A DNA stretch of 64,000 nucleotides from the NCBI GenBank assembly GCA_965649765.1, contig OZ287750.1, positions 70,060,001 to 70,124,000 on the forward strand. Direction: 5' to 3'. The notes beneath the pieces were generated by a model. That model was not told the origin of the DNA. It saw nothing but the letters and a program-made list of their open reading frames with translations, and searched no databases. The stretch's first letter is position 1. Every line of letters starts with the position of its first letter. The position numbers were made by a program, and so were the translations under genes. Origin of the DNA: Bispira polyomma. Taxonomy: Eukaryota. Below are positions 24,094 to 36,290 of this stretch, in pieces.

Positions 24094-25408
24094 GCCGATC
24101 CGGTTGTACATCATTAACACTGTGGGGTGACACACTGGGCCGAATCCAGATGTGGATCTATAGATCCCACCCGGAATTTTTTTACACAGATTTTTTTCTA
24201 AATCTACGACGGATATATTCAGCGGATTTTCCAAAACACGTGTGTTTTTTTTGAGTTGCAAAATGACTAAAAGATCTGGATTGAGATCTCTTCCAGACAT
24301 TAAAAACTTAAAACTTTTATTTGAAGAAGTCAGGAGTTCATCACTGTATGACAAGGCCTGTAAGAAATACAGAGACAGGAAAATAAATGATGTTATCTGG
24401 CAAAAATTTGCCACCAAATTGGAGATATCAGGTTGTTTACAATTTTTGGATTCGTTGTTGTCTGACGGAATTTACTGTTTACAGCCACTTAAATAAAAAG
24501 TCGGTGAAATAAAAGCAATGACAGTTGTTTAACGTATATTTTTGTAGTAGTGTCATGTATGTTGTCTACGTTTTGTGTCTTAATATAATAAGAGGATAAA
24601 TCTGTACAATTAAACATAGCATTGCAGCAGGCTATACAACTGTATATAAGATAAAATATTTAAATGACATGGTTTTAATGGTCAAAAGGCAATAATGTTT
24701 AAAGTCTTTTTTTTTGCAAAAATTTTACACTGCACATTTCACTATCCTTTTTTATTATGGTTATTAATTATCATTATTCTTATTATTATAAAGCTATTGA
24801 GATAATAATTAGGGTGTTTTACTTTTAGAAAATACATCAATCTAATAATTTTTTTTTCCTTATGATCAAATGTGGTTGCATATTATTTATATGTAAATAC
24901 TATGTTGACTTTGAGAAATAAATAATTATATGACTATAAACTATAAACAGTTTAAAAATGACAAACAATTCCTACTTTATCTTAAGTACTTGACAATAAT
25001 ATGAACATTCAGTTTAGGAACAACCCACAAAATTCCATTTAGTATGTACCATAAATTAGGAAACACGTGTTGCCACAACGACCACTACATACTTTTTTAA
25101 TAATATTTATTTAAACACAGTATGCAAGTTTAAGTGGTTTTTATTAGTTCTATGTTTTAACATAAATAACAAATGCATATAGAGGTAAATGAGAAGATGT
25201 TAAATCTACTGCAAACTGATGTGTTATGGTCGATGATATGTATGTTTACATTATTTTCGCGATAAATTTAGACCAAGAAAAACATCTTCATTACGCATGA
25301 TCCGGCCGAATCATTCGTCTTAGTATAGCTACAAAGAAGATAAATCCCATATGGGATTTAAATCCCATTCCGCCAAAAAATCCGGATGCGGCTGTGTGTG
25401 TTTAGACC
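24094..25408 (+). mobile_element. Internally deleted Harbinger-like element carrying a MADF/Myb-SANT domain fragment
   Basis: ORF 24242..24496 contains LLFEEVRSSSLYDKACKKYRDRKINDVIWQKFA (MADF-like). Subterminal atccgg motifs. Right end GTGTGTTTAGACC followed by TTA (Harbinger-type target). Confidence 0.7.
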
Positions 25409-26521
25409 TTATATATAATTTACATGTGGTCTAGCCATAATGCGAAGACTTGGAAGTAAGGGTTTGTCCGGCAGGGTTTCAAAGATAGACAGTAAGTAAA
25501 CTTTGACTATAAGTACTGTAACAGTAATGTAGTTGTTTGATAAGTACTTTAGGTGATATATTTATGACTTACTTTTTTTCTGAGATATGATTAGAATACA
25601 GGTACTAAATAATGCAATGAAGAAATTAAACAAGCTAAATGTGCTCTGTACAGAGTAGTTCTTTGCAATGAATAGGATAATATAATTGTTCTTATACATT
25701 TTCAATTGTTACAGTAATGTTAAAATTAATAGCAATACTTTTCTGCTTTCGTACCATTATAGAATAAATGAATATCAAGTTAATATGTACTTAGGAAAAA
25801 GTATAATATAAGAATTAGGATATATTTTAGTAGATTTACTTTGTAGTAACTATTACCAGAGATTACCCACAATTATTCACTCGGTATACTTTTACTCAAA
25901 TATTCTGCACATACCAGGTTTTAAGATATCTTGAAAGATATAAAATATCATATAGGATTAAGTCTTTGAAAACTAGATAATTACCTAGAATATCATCCGA
26001 TTGTAGCTTTCAAACATTTCAAGATTATTTCTTCATATACTATGATATTTCCAAGATGTAAAGCGATTCAGACACATATTCAAGTATGTATCTTCAAACT
26101 GTAATCATGACATACTTTCTATAGTGCTGAACCAAAACACAGCTGCTTCGTTATTTTGTACCTATCATAGATCAGAGTTCTTGATGGAAAAACAATACAT
26201 ATTGGTGGATCAAGTACCTGACTAGTAGATTATTCAATGTTCACATTTACATTGAAGTCAAATGTTACATGCAATAACATAATTTTGAATCTTGGTTGAC
26301 GCTTTTAGAGTATACAGTAAAGGTTCAATGTAGTTTTAATATTATCTGTCATACTTTTACTGATTAAGAGTTGATTGCATAACACTAAACCTAAAGAATA
26401 ACACTAAACCTAAATTCTGTGATGGTAAGAAGAACTACTATTGATATGGGTACACTCTGTTTAATGAATTCTAGGATTAAGCCTTTCTGTTGATTTTTTT
26501 CAGATATTGGATTATCCTACA

Positions 26522-28908
26522 TATGGGAGAAAGTACAAGACTGGTATATGACCTTATGTATCACACAGAGGCTCATGAAATCCCTGGCCTTCTCATGTTA
26601 ATTGATTTTGAGAAGGCCTTTGATTCAGTATCTTGGAAATTTCTTTATAAAACCTTGAAATATTTTGGATTTGAAGACAATTTTATTGACTGGATAAAAT
26701 TATTTAATAACAATATAAGTGCCTACATATTACAGGCAGGATTTTTGTCAGACCCAATTGCAATACAGAGAGGATGTAGGCAAGGTGACCCTATTGCTCC
26801 ATATCTCTTTTTAATAGTTGCTGAAGTGTTAAACTTGTTAATTGAAATTAATACAGAAATTAATGGTATACAGATTGGTAAAAATATGTTCAGGTTGACT
26901 CGGTTTGCGGACGACACCACTATTATGTTAGATGGAAGTGTGAGCTCCCTGCAGGCTACTTTAAATGTATTAGAAATTTTTGGTTCTCTGTCTGGTTTAA
27001 AAATAAATTGTGATAAAACAAAACTTATATGGATTGGTAGTAAAAAGGATTGTAAAGAAAAGTTACATGTAACATCCAAGTTAAACTGGGGTACTACAGA
27101 ATTTACACTTTTGGGTTTAGAATTTTCAACTGATTTGACAAAAATTCCAGTTAAAAACTATAATAAAGCAATTTTGAAAGCTAAATGTGTACTGAATTCC
27201 TGGAAGTATAGATACTTAACTCCTATTGGGAAAATAACTGTCTTAAAAACCTTTATTTTGTCTAAATTTACCCATCTGTTCATGTCAATTACAATGAAAA
27301 ACAGCATTCTCAAAGAAATTAATAAAATATTTTATGACTATCTCTGGAATGGTAAACCAGACAAAGTGAATAGGAAAGATATCTGCAAAAGCTATATAAT
27401 GGGTGGTCTAAAAATGGTTAACATTTACACATTTGAAAAATGTCTAAAATTATCCTGGATAAAACATATAATGGCTTCTGAGTCGAGATCATGGCATCAG
27501 CTTTTGCAGCATACAACTGGAAATTTAAACTGTCTGACAAGTATAGGTGGAAAGTGGTGGTCTTCCTTTAGAAACAGGTTGAATCCGTTTTGGGAAAATG
27601 TTTTTCAATATTGGGAAGAATTTTGTTCCCACCAAAAAGTGATAATAAATGAGGATATACTGTGTATCTGTATTTGGCATAACCCTCAGATCTCAAAAAA
27701 TAATCTATACTTTCCAGATTGGTACAAAACTGGTATTCATGTCATAGGAGATATTTTAAACTTGGAAGGAAATATATTTAGCTTGGATGAATTAAGGCAA
27801 AAGTATAAATTTAATGTTAATTTTTTAAACTACATCACAGTTAAAAAATGTGTATCCAAGTATGTGGAAAGTAAAAAGTGTGAAAATTATTTTCAGTTTT
27901 CAAGGCCATATATCCCATTTCATCTAAAACCACTATTATACTTGGGGAAAAATTAGCAAAAATTTGTATACCTATTTTACACAATTTAACAAAAGCCCTT
28001 TAACTATTGAAACAAAGTGGAGTTTAGAATTAAAATTGGAATACACTCCTGTATTTTGGAAAGTAGTCTATAAAAGTTGTTTTCAATCAATAAATGAAAA
28101 TGTCTATAAATGGTTTCAATACAAAATTATTCGAAATATAATCAGCACCAATGACTATTTAAAAAAAATTAAAGTAGTCAGTTGTAACCTGTGCAGACTC
28201 TGTGGACAGGTTAGGGAAAATTGTTTACATTTGTTTTCAGAGTGTCATAAAGTAAATGATCTATGGCTAAACGTTCAAAACTGGATTAAAGCAAAAATTG
28301 GATTTGACATTGCTTTAGATAGCACCATGAAAATTCTATGTTATCACATTCAAGATGAAAACTTTTGGCCTTTGAATTTTATTTTATTAATCACAAGATA
28401 TTATATTTTTATGTGTGCCAAATGTAGTAGGAGCTTGAATATTTACTATCTTCAGAAAATAATTAAGATAAAATATGAAGAACAGGAAATGCTATCTAAA
28501 GTAAACAATTGCTTTGAAAACTTTAGTAAAAAATGGTTGGTGTGGAAATCAATTTTTGAAGCTATCTAAAATATTTTAGTTGTACGAGGAACTTAATGAA
28601 GTACTAAACCATGATTTATTACAAAACTGTTATTTCATATGATTGTCTTCTTATCGACCTTGTTAAAACTATGTGTCTTAATTATAAATAGTTTCATGGG
28701 CTTATATTATATTGAATGTTAAGTTTTGGAGTATGTTTCAACTTAAATTTTTACATTTATGATCAAACAGAGAATATTAGTAATTGTTATAATATACAAA
28801 TTAATGTGTGAATTGGTCACTTTGTTATATTTCATTATTGTTATTGTACATCATATACTAAAGAGGAAATAAAATGATATTTTAAAAAAAAAAAAAAAAA
28901 ATAAAAAA
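26522..28908 (+). mobile_element. 5'-truncated L1/Tx1-clade LINE (partial RT, C-terminal zinc knuckle, 3'UTR, poly-A)
   Basis: Motifs IDFEKAFDSV, RGCRQGDPIAPYLF and FADD. One frameshift at ~27956. CRLCGQVRENCLHLFSEC (zf-RVT-like). AATAAA at 28868 and poly-A at 28884-28901. Confidence 0.93.
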
Positions 28909-30721
28909 TATTTGAATCTCAAAGGTAAAAAAATACTCTTCTTAAGGAAAATGTCAAATGAACAGGAGTAAAGTTTCAAAGAAATGCCTTTGATGGACTA
29001 CATATTATTATTATGAGATAGGTGGGCGTTTACTAGCAGGAATTTATATATATTCTAAAATACCATAATTCCACCACGTTTGCCGGGCATTAATAAAAAG
29101 GCTGAACCATTAACAGTACACCTCTGACATCATATTTTAAATATTTTCTACTTTACCGGTACGTGATTTTTTTTATGCGAGATTTTGTTGTTTACACCCA
29201 TCAGCAGAGATATACAACCAATGATTACCCATATTTTATAATAGTATCATATATAACAATTCATGAAATTTATGAATCAGTTGTGCCACTACACACCTAC
29301 AAACACCAATAAAATCATAAGCACACATATATATCACCATAACGTCACCCCATCACTTTCGATTGAGTGCATCAAACATACTGCTATAGGTAACATATAA
29401 CTAATAGCACTATAAGCTATAACAGACAACTGTCATAAAATCACCCCATCACTTTTGATAGAGTGGATAACATTTAATACACTATAATTCGCTCTTAACG
29501 GCCCTTTGGCTGTTAATGATTAATGTCGTGCTGCTAAAGACTTATAACACCCTACAAAATCACATTATCGTACTAATGACAAAAAAGGCATTTGACTGTA
29601 GTTCACCCAGTGTTTTAAGGTTCTCGTCCCTAAACCAGAACAATTAGCAAACCTTTGATACAACTCATTAAACATTATGTTGCTGCTTCGTTTCTTTCAC
29701 CATTTCAGGCTAGGCCAGCTTTATAGTATACAAAGGATGATTAGACATATGAGTATAATTTTAATAAAGTTTATAATTATAAATGTATTTGAGAGGCTGA
29801 TTTTGTTACAGAACCCATTTAAACTCAATCTAAAAAATCTTATGAACTTTTAACGCTTTTCTACTGTTTCTAGAGATGTAAAACATGTATTTCACAATCA
29901 AAGTTAAGGCTTCAAAAGAAAATATATATATCTCCTAGAATGGTTTTATCTCACTCCCTTTACATAATTTTTGTTTACCAAACCCTCATGTCATTCAAGA
30001 ATCTTTGACGTGCTTCCCTCATTAGTTTTAATAATTACACTCATATACAGAATATATAGCAGTGTGAAAGGAAGCACTATTTCTTTGAGTAAAAGCACAG
30101 AAAAGGTAATTATCCAAAAAACCTGAACATAATCATGCATTATGTATCTAGGGTTTTCATGCCAAACTTGATGAGGTAATCCTGCTTTAAATCCCTTTGC
30201 CTCATCAGTCAGTGTCACCTCTACATGTAAAAAGTTTTTATAGTAAAAATGTAAACAGAATTCCATGACCAACATTTTTTGTCTTGCCTTGACAACTCAA
30301 GTTTTGTAGACCATCTTGACACATCACTGAGTGGGCTATTTATATCTAACTTCCTCCATTGAGAAGACAAATCCAGGAAGGATGTTTCTCTCTGATGATG
30401 TCAATGTATATATCTACCTGGGTAGGTTTTAACAGATAAGACTAAGATAAGACATTAACTTATTTTGGGGACTTGTTACACATACCATGGTTAAAAAACA
30501 AACATTATCACTGTTCAACATTAATCATATATTACTACAGAATAAACGTTTTTTATAATACCCAAGTCATTTCAGGTGTGATAGTGGCTGGATAAGTACA
30601 GCCTTGGTGTTACTATGGGTGAACTATAGATATAATTATTATATTGTCTTGCCATAATGGGAAAAAAATGTAAGTAAGGGTTTGTCAGGCAGATAATGGT
30701 CGAGGGTTTGAAAGATAGACA

Positions 30722-32421
30722 ATAGGTTACATGAAATTATTGATCAAACAATTATGAAAGATCTTATGCATATTATGTGACTTAGACTAGGTAAAATGGG
30801 CACAAAAGGGATCAGATAGTGCGGTGTGATAATGTTTTTAACTCTTACTACGTTTTAGTGTTTTATATTTATCTTTATCACACATTTTTACTAGCCCCGT
30901 ATTATAAGTAATTATTCAAAACGTTTGTTTTGCTTTTATCGAGTAGTTTGTTTAACTATTATGAGCTTAAACCTAGTTATTTGCTAGATAGTGAACTGTT
31001 AATATAGAAATAATAATAGTTCTTTTTCGTACTCATAGTACTTAGTCAATACATTTTTGACAAACAGACAGTAAAACAGACAAACTATTTATAACGTCAA
31101 AGTAAGTATGTATTGGAAAAAGGAAGTAACTTTAAATGTACATTTCAATTCAAAATTGATCTTCACATGGATATTTTAGCATAACATTTATTTCATAGCT
31201 TGTAAATGTTGTAGTAATGTTATCGCATATATATACAGTAAGTGATTCATTTGTCTCATTCATATCATTTCTAAGAGGTCTTAAAAATCTTGTTACTGTA
31301 AGTATCAACAAGTTTATATTTACCATTAATCACCATTTTTGACATATTATTTATATTATTGCTAACATTAGAACTATTCCCTGACAAAGCCAACTTTGCA
31401 CAAGTATAGATGACATAGTTAGTACTTGAAATACAACTCTGAAAAAACTTTAAAAATCTCTTACACATCTGAATGTACAACTCTCGGTCATCACCTATTA
31501 GCCGGACAGACTTTCTACAGGCTATTGTGAAATCCTTAAATTCTGTACTATTATATCCCACAAAGCTCCTGTAAATTATCCTTAGCCACTTTAACCATTT
31601 CATTTTTATTGTCAGAGCTAATTTGCAACTCTAAATGAGAAACACGTCTAACAGTTTTAATGAATATACCATTATAGGTTATACCAGATATATCATCTCC
31701 GATACTACTTTTACTGAACACTACCAGTTGATATTTGTCTGAATTAAACTTAACACCAAAATCTGCACCAAATTGGTCACATATTTGTAACTTTATTTTG
31801 ATACAAGAAACCGTTGGACATAGTAAAATTATATCATTCGCATATCCAAAACTACCCATGTACTTGTTGCCAATATGACAGCCTACACCACTTTTCTTTA
31901 ATCTCATATACAATTCATCATTGTACAATGAAAACAAAATGGGAGACATTTTTTTTCACATGTCTGATACCGTAGTGATATTGTGCTCTGGTTTTAGCCC
32001 GCAAATCAACAATCGTACCATAATGTGGACATCCATTTTCCTTCCGTATGTTATGCCATAATAATGACTTTAAACCTTTTCTTATCTTTTGGAATACACT
32101 TGTCACTTGCTGCAACACATGCATTTAAAATTTTATTGTAAAAAACTTCTATTTCAGAAGATACATCAGTCTGACCGTTACTGTTATTATATAGTAAATT
32201 GACAGGTATTTCAATAACTGACAGCCTTAGATCTAGTTCTGTTTTATAATTATTAATATGAATACAATTTGCTTTAACCCATCTTGCTACTAATGAGACT
32301 GTATTTACCTCTTCACTAATCTCATTGTATAGGACTGGCAAATAAGTCATATCCATGTGATCTGTGTATATGAACTTTATATCGAAAACAGTTCTAAATA
32401 TACATAATTAGTTCACTTGGA
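30722..32421 (-). mobile_element. Decayed non-LTR retrotransposon fragment (RTE-X/Proto2-like RT) in the intron of GPCR unit 3
   Basis: SPILFSLYNDEL...SGVGCHIGNKYMGSFGYANDIILL (YADD degenerated to YAND). It interrupts the host sequence gatagaca|gtaagtaaac. Confidence 0.8.
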
Positions 32422-33915
32422 AGTAAGTAAACTTTTGACTATAAGTACTGTATCAGTTTCTTGACTAGTAATTTAGGTAATATGTTTGTAATATGTTTGA
32501 GATATGATAGGAATGCAATAGAGAAATTAAACATATACTAAATGTGCTGTGTACAGAGTAGTGGTCTGCACTGAAGAGGATAATATATTTATCCTCTTTT
32601 TTATTTTTCTTGCTATTGTTACAGTACTGTTATAATTAATTGTGTGTAGCAATACTTTACTGCTTTTTGTTGGATTATAGAATTAATAAATATTGAGTAA
32701 CTTTAGTTAAGAAAATGTAAAATATAAGAATTAGGATATATTTCAGTAAATTCACTTTGTAGAACTATTACCAAAAATTGCTCCCAATTATTCGCCCAGT
32801 ATACTGTTACAAATATTCTTCACATAGTACTAGGTTTTAAGAATGATATTTTAAAAGATATAAAATATCATATAGGATTAAGTCTCTGAAAACTAGATGA
32901 TTACCTAGAATATTATCCAATTGTAGCTTTCAAACATTTTAAGATCATTTCTTCATATGTTATGCTTGTTCCAACATGTGAAGCGATCTAGACACATTTG
33001 TAAGTATGTATCTTCAAACTGTAATAATGATGTACTTTTTTAACTGCTGAACCCAAACACAGCTGCTTTGTTATTTTGTACACATCATAGATCAAAGTTC
33101 TTGATGCTTTATTTGTAAACAGAAATTCCAATTTTTTGTGTGCAATTCGCATATGTATGCTCTCTGACTAGTAGATTATAACTATATATTTTCTAAGTTA
33201 CATCGCTTTAACATTCAAGTCATATATTACATGCAATAACATAATTTTGAATCTCTGTTCACCCTTTTGGAGTTTGCAGTAAAGGTTCAATGTAGTTTTA
33301 ATGTTATCTGACATAGTTTTACTTTTTAAGAGATGGAATATGATACTTAAGTGGAGAAAGCTGCAGGGTATAAAAATGGTAGTTTATATCTAACTTGATC
33401 AATATTGCCTGTACCTCTACTATACTTGAAATAAGTAAAACAAGTAATTCATATCTATTTGAATCTTAGATAATAAGGCCAAATAATCAGATGAGCCTTG
33501 CATGACCTAGTACATTATACAGACTAATGGGAGTGTTATATTTAAACTACATGTATTAACAGCATCTTCCTAATTCTTCATTGTAATATATTACAGAAAA
33601 GTGAATGTGTATATTTCTGAAAATAAGCTCTTTATATCAATTAAAGATATTACTAGATACATATGAAATGAACTTCAGCTGTTCAAAGTGCATTTGGAAC
33701 AATTCCAGAATTCAGTGGACAAGGCATGGCCATGTTATGATTACATAATACTAAACCTTAAGAATAAAACTAAACCTAAATTCTGTTATAGTATGTAGAA
33801 CTACTATCTCTATGGATGCACCATGTCCAGTGAATTCTAGGATTTAGCCTATCTGTTGATTTTTTTCAGATATCAGATTATCCTACAGTACAGTTCGCCT
33901 GGTAAATAGTACACC

Positions 33916-34984
33916 ATGGCTATCACCTGGATTGCTTGGGTATTCACAGCTGAGGGCATCATTGGCTTCCTTGCTAATACAATTGTGGTAACTGTGCTGT
34001 TAAAACACCCCAAGCTGATGCACAATGATTCATCCAAGGTCATTGTCAATCAGAGCCTCATTGATGCTATTGAATCTGTTCTGCTGGTGCTGAGTCGCCA
34101 CAACCTTTTTTGGAAATTTTGCTTTGCCATATATTCACAATTATACAGATGCCAACTTCTTTGATGAGTTAGTCTGCAAGGTTTGGAATCTGGACACTTT
34201 TCAGTGGGCTTTTATAGTATGTTCTACCTTTAACTTAGTTCTTTTAACCATAGTTAAGTACATCAAAATTGTGCATCCATTCTGGTACAAAGTTCACATG
34301 ACCAACAGGGTGGTAAATGTATTACTCTGTTTACCTTGGTTGCTTGGGCTTTTGTACCATTTTGGGTTGTTCACTATCAGGGCGAATGTCATTGGTACCA
34401 AATGTGTGTATCCTTTATGGCCATATGAGATTATGGGGATCATAATGGGTTGCATTGGATTTGTATTGCAGTTTCTTCTCCCATTATTTATTATGCTATT
34501 TTGCTATGTCAGAATCTTTTTGACCATTAGAGAAAGACATAAGTCTTTGACATGTGTATCAACCCCATCTCCATCATCAAATGATATCAGTGTGATAAGC
34601 ACCCATGTTAGCCAGGCCTATAACAGCACTGTGATTATAATGGAAGGCTATTCATCAGCCACAAATCCCAGTCAAGTGACCCAATCTAAAAGTATAGAGT
34701 CATTAAATAATACGGTTAAAGCACAAAAAAGTCAAAATTCTGATGAAACCCAGAAGAAAGTTATAAAAATGCTTTATATAGTTTGTTTAGGGTTTTTCTT
34801 ATGCTGGGTTTGCAATTAGGTAGTGTTCTTTCTCATCAACATTCGTGCCATTTATTCAACGAGAGGCACTATGTTTTATTACTTTACAATCATATTGACC
34901 AATGCAAACTGCTGCATAAATCCGTTCATATATCTTACTCAGTTTCGGAAATATACTGAGGTGCTCTTCACAAAATCTACTTGA
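33916..34984 (+). pseudogene. GPCR unit 3 pseudogene
   Basis: Co-linear with units 1 and 5 (1069 vs 1068 nt). Extra T in the run at 34106-34111 (frameshift) and CAG>TAG at 34817-34819. Promoter and exon 1 deleted at ~30615. Confidence 0.92.
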
Positions 34985-34993
34985 GAGATACTG

Positions 34994-35218
34994 AATTGTT
35001 GAGGTTAATGAAATACAAAGCATAGACATGTACTAGTTTATTGTGGAGGTTGATGAAATACAAAGCATAGACATGTACTAATTGATTGTTAAGGTTAATG
35101 ACATACAAAGTACAGACATGTACTAGTTAATTGTTGAGGTTAATGAAATACAAAGCACAGACATGTACTAGTTAATTGTTGAGGTTAATGAAATACAAAG
35201 CATAGACATGTACTAGTT
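34994..35218. repeat. 45-bp minisatellite, 5 copies (AATTGTTGAGGTTAATGAAATACAAAGCATAGACATGTACTAGTT)
   Basis: Five head-to-tail units counted directly; only one unit in the paralogous 3'UTRs. Confidence 0.92.
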
Positions 35219-36119
35219 AAGGTACCATGTTTAAAGAACCAAGTTACAAGAGAATATGTATTATCTTACTGGTTTATTCATGTTGTCAATGTTTGTAAAG
35301 GTCAGTATGGTGCCTGAAAATCGTATTCCAATATATTGTGATATTCATATCATTTTCAAATACTTGCTCTGTTAAATTTAGAAGCAGTCATTTTGGGAGA
35401 AAGTATACAAACTGTAAACTAATAAATGAATGACTTTATTTCTGATTCCATCATTGACAAATATCTTGTACACTCTCACAATTATTCCTTGAACACCAAG
35501 AAATAAGCGGTATCTAAAGATTTTACTGTATAACTGATCCACCAACATGTATTGTTTTCAATTTTCTGTTGCAATTGTTTAGTGAATTGCAATCAATTGA
35601 GATATGTTGATACATCAATATCCAGTTATGCCCTTATTTGTTTGTATTATGAATGTGTAACTTGTTTTATATTAAATGATATCTAACTACATGAATGTAA
35701 TGTGAACATATTGTTCATAGAATCTATCTGTATTATTTTTGTAAAACCATGCAAATAAAATGTATCAAAAGGTAAACAATAAAGATTTTCTTTTCTACCC
35801 CAGCCATTCAGACATCTCAGAATATTTTTGTCGTTGCTCAAGTCAGTCCCACTTTCCTTGCAGGAAAGATACTCATCCCATTTTTTTGGTAGTATCTCTA
35901 CCAGTGTATTTTCTGTAGGCCCTATGGAGTCTACCCTGTGCCCCAGTCTCACCTACCCCTCCACCTGCTAGGGCATACACTGGGGTAGACTTAATCTACT
36001 AGATTCATACCATCTTAAAATATGATTGCACATTATACAGATTTAGTGCAGCTTCTGTCATTATTGTTAAATGTTCCTTCAAATTTGAAATAGGACATTT
36101 GTTATAGTACACTTTTTCA

Positions 36120-36290
36120 ACACAGGGTCATTTCAAATGCGCTTCCTCATGGGCAGCCACTATAGGTGCCAAGGCTTGCTTGAGGATGACCCTTTATCAA
36201 CGTCCTCAAGGATCTTTAATCTGCCACTGTAGATAGTACTAAGTGACAAAGGATGGCCATTTTAAGTGATCATCTGAGCCACTAGGCAAA
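36120..36290 (-). mobile_element. Possible Nin-domain SINE fragment
   Basis: Minus strand reads TCAGATGATCACTTAAAATGGCCATCC...GTGGCAGATTAAAGATCCT, resembling the recalled Nin core. Absent at the paralogous site near 52550. Confidence 0.4.

Noticed and set aside
24263-27956. In-frame MADF-RT fusion protein by splicing 24431 to 26504
   Set aside because: The donor would be phase 1 but the RT frame needs phase 2 at this acceptor; the spliced frame stops after about 30 codons.
21172-30275. Recurrent short ORFs (21172, 22194, 22508, 29991; also 14605, 38799, 54755) as a small-protein family
   Set aside because: They recur only because the non-coding flanks are duplicated; frames and lengths are not preserved between copies.
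34994-35218. Possible CRISPR array
   Set aside because: Units are head-to-tail with no unique spacers, there are no cas genes, and the unit derives from the GPCR 3'UTR: a minisatellite.
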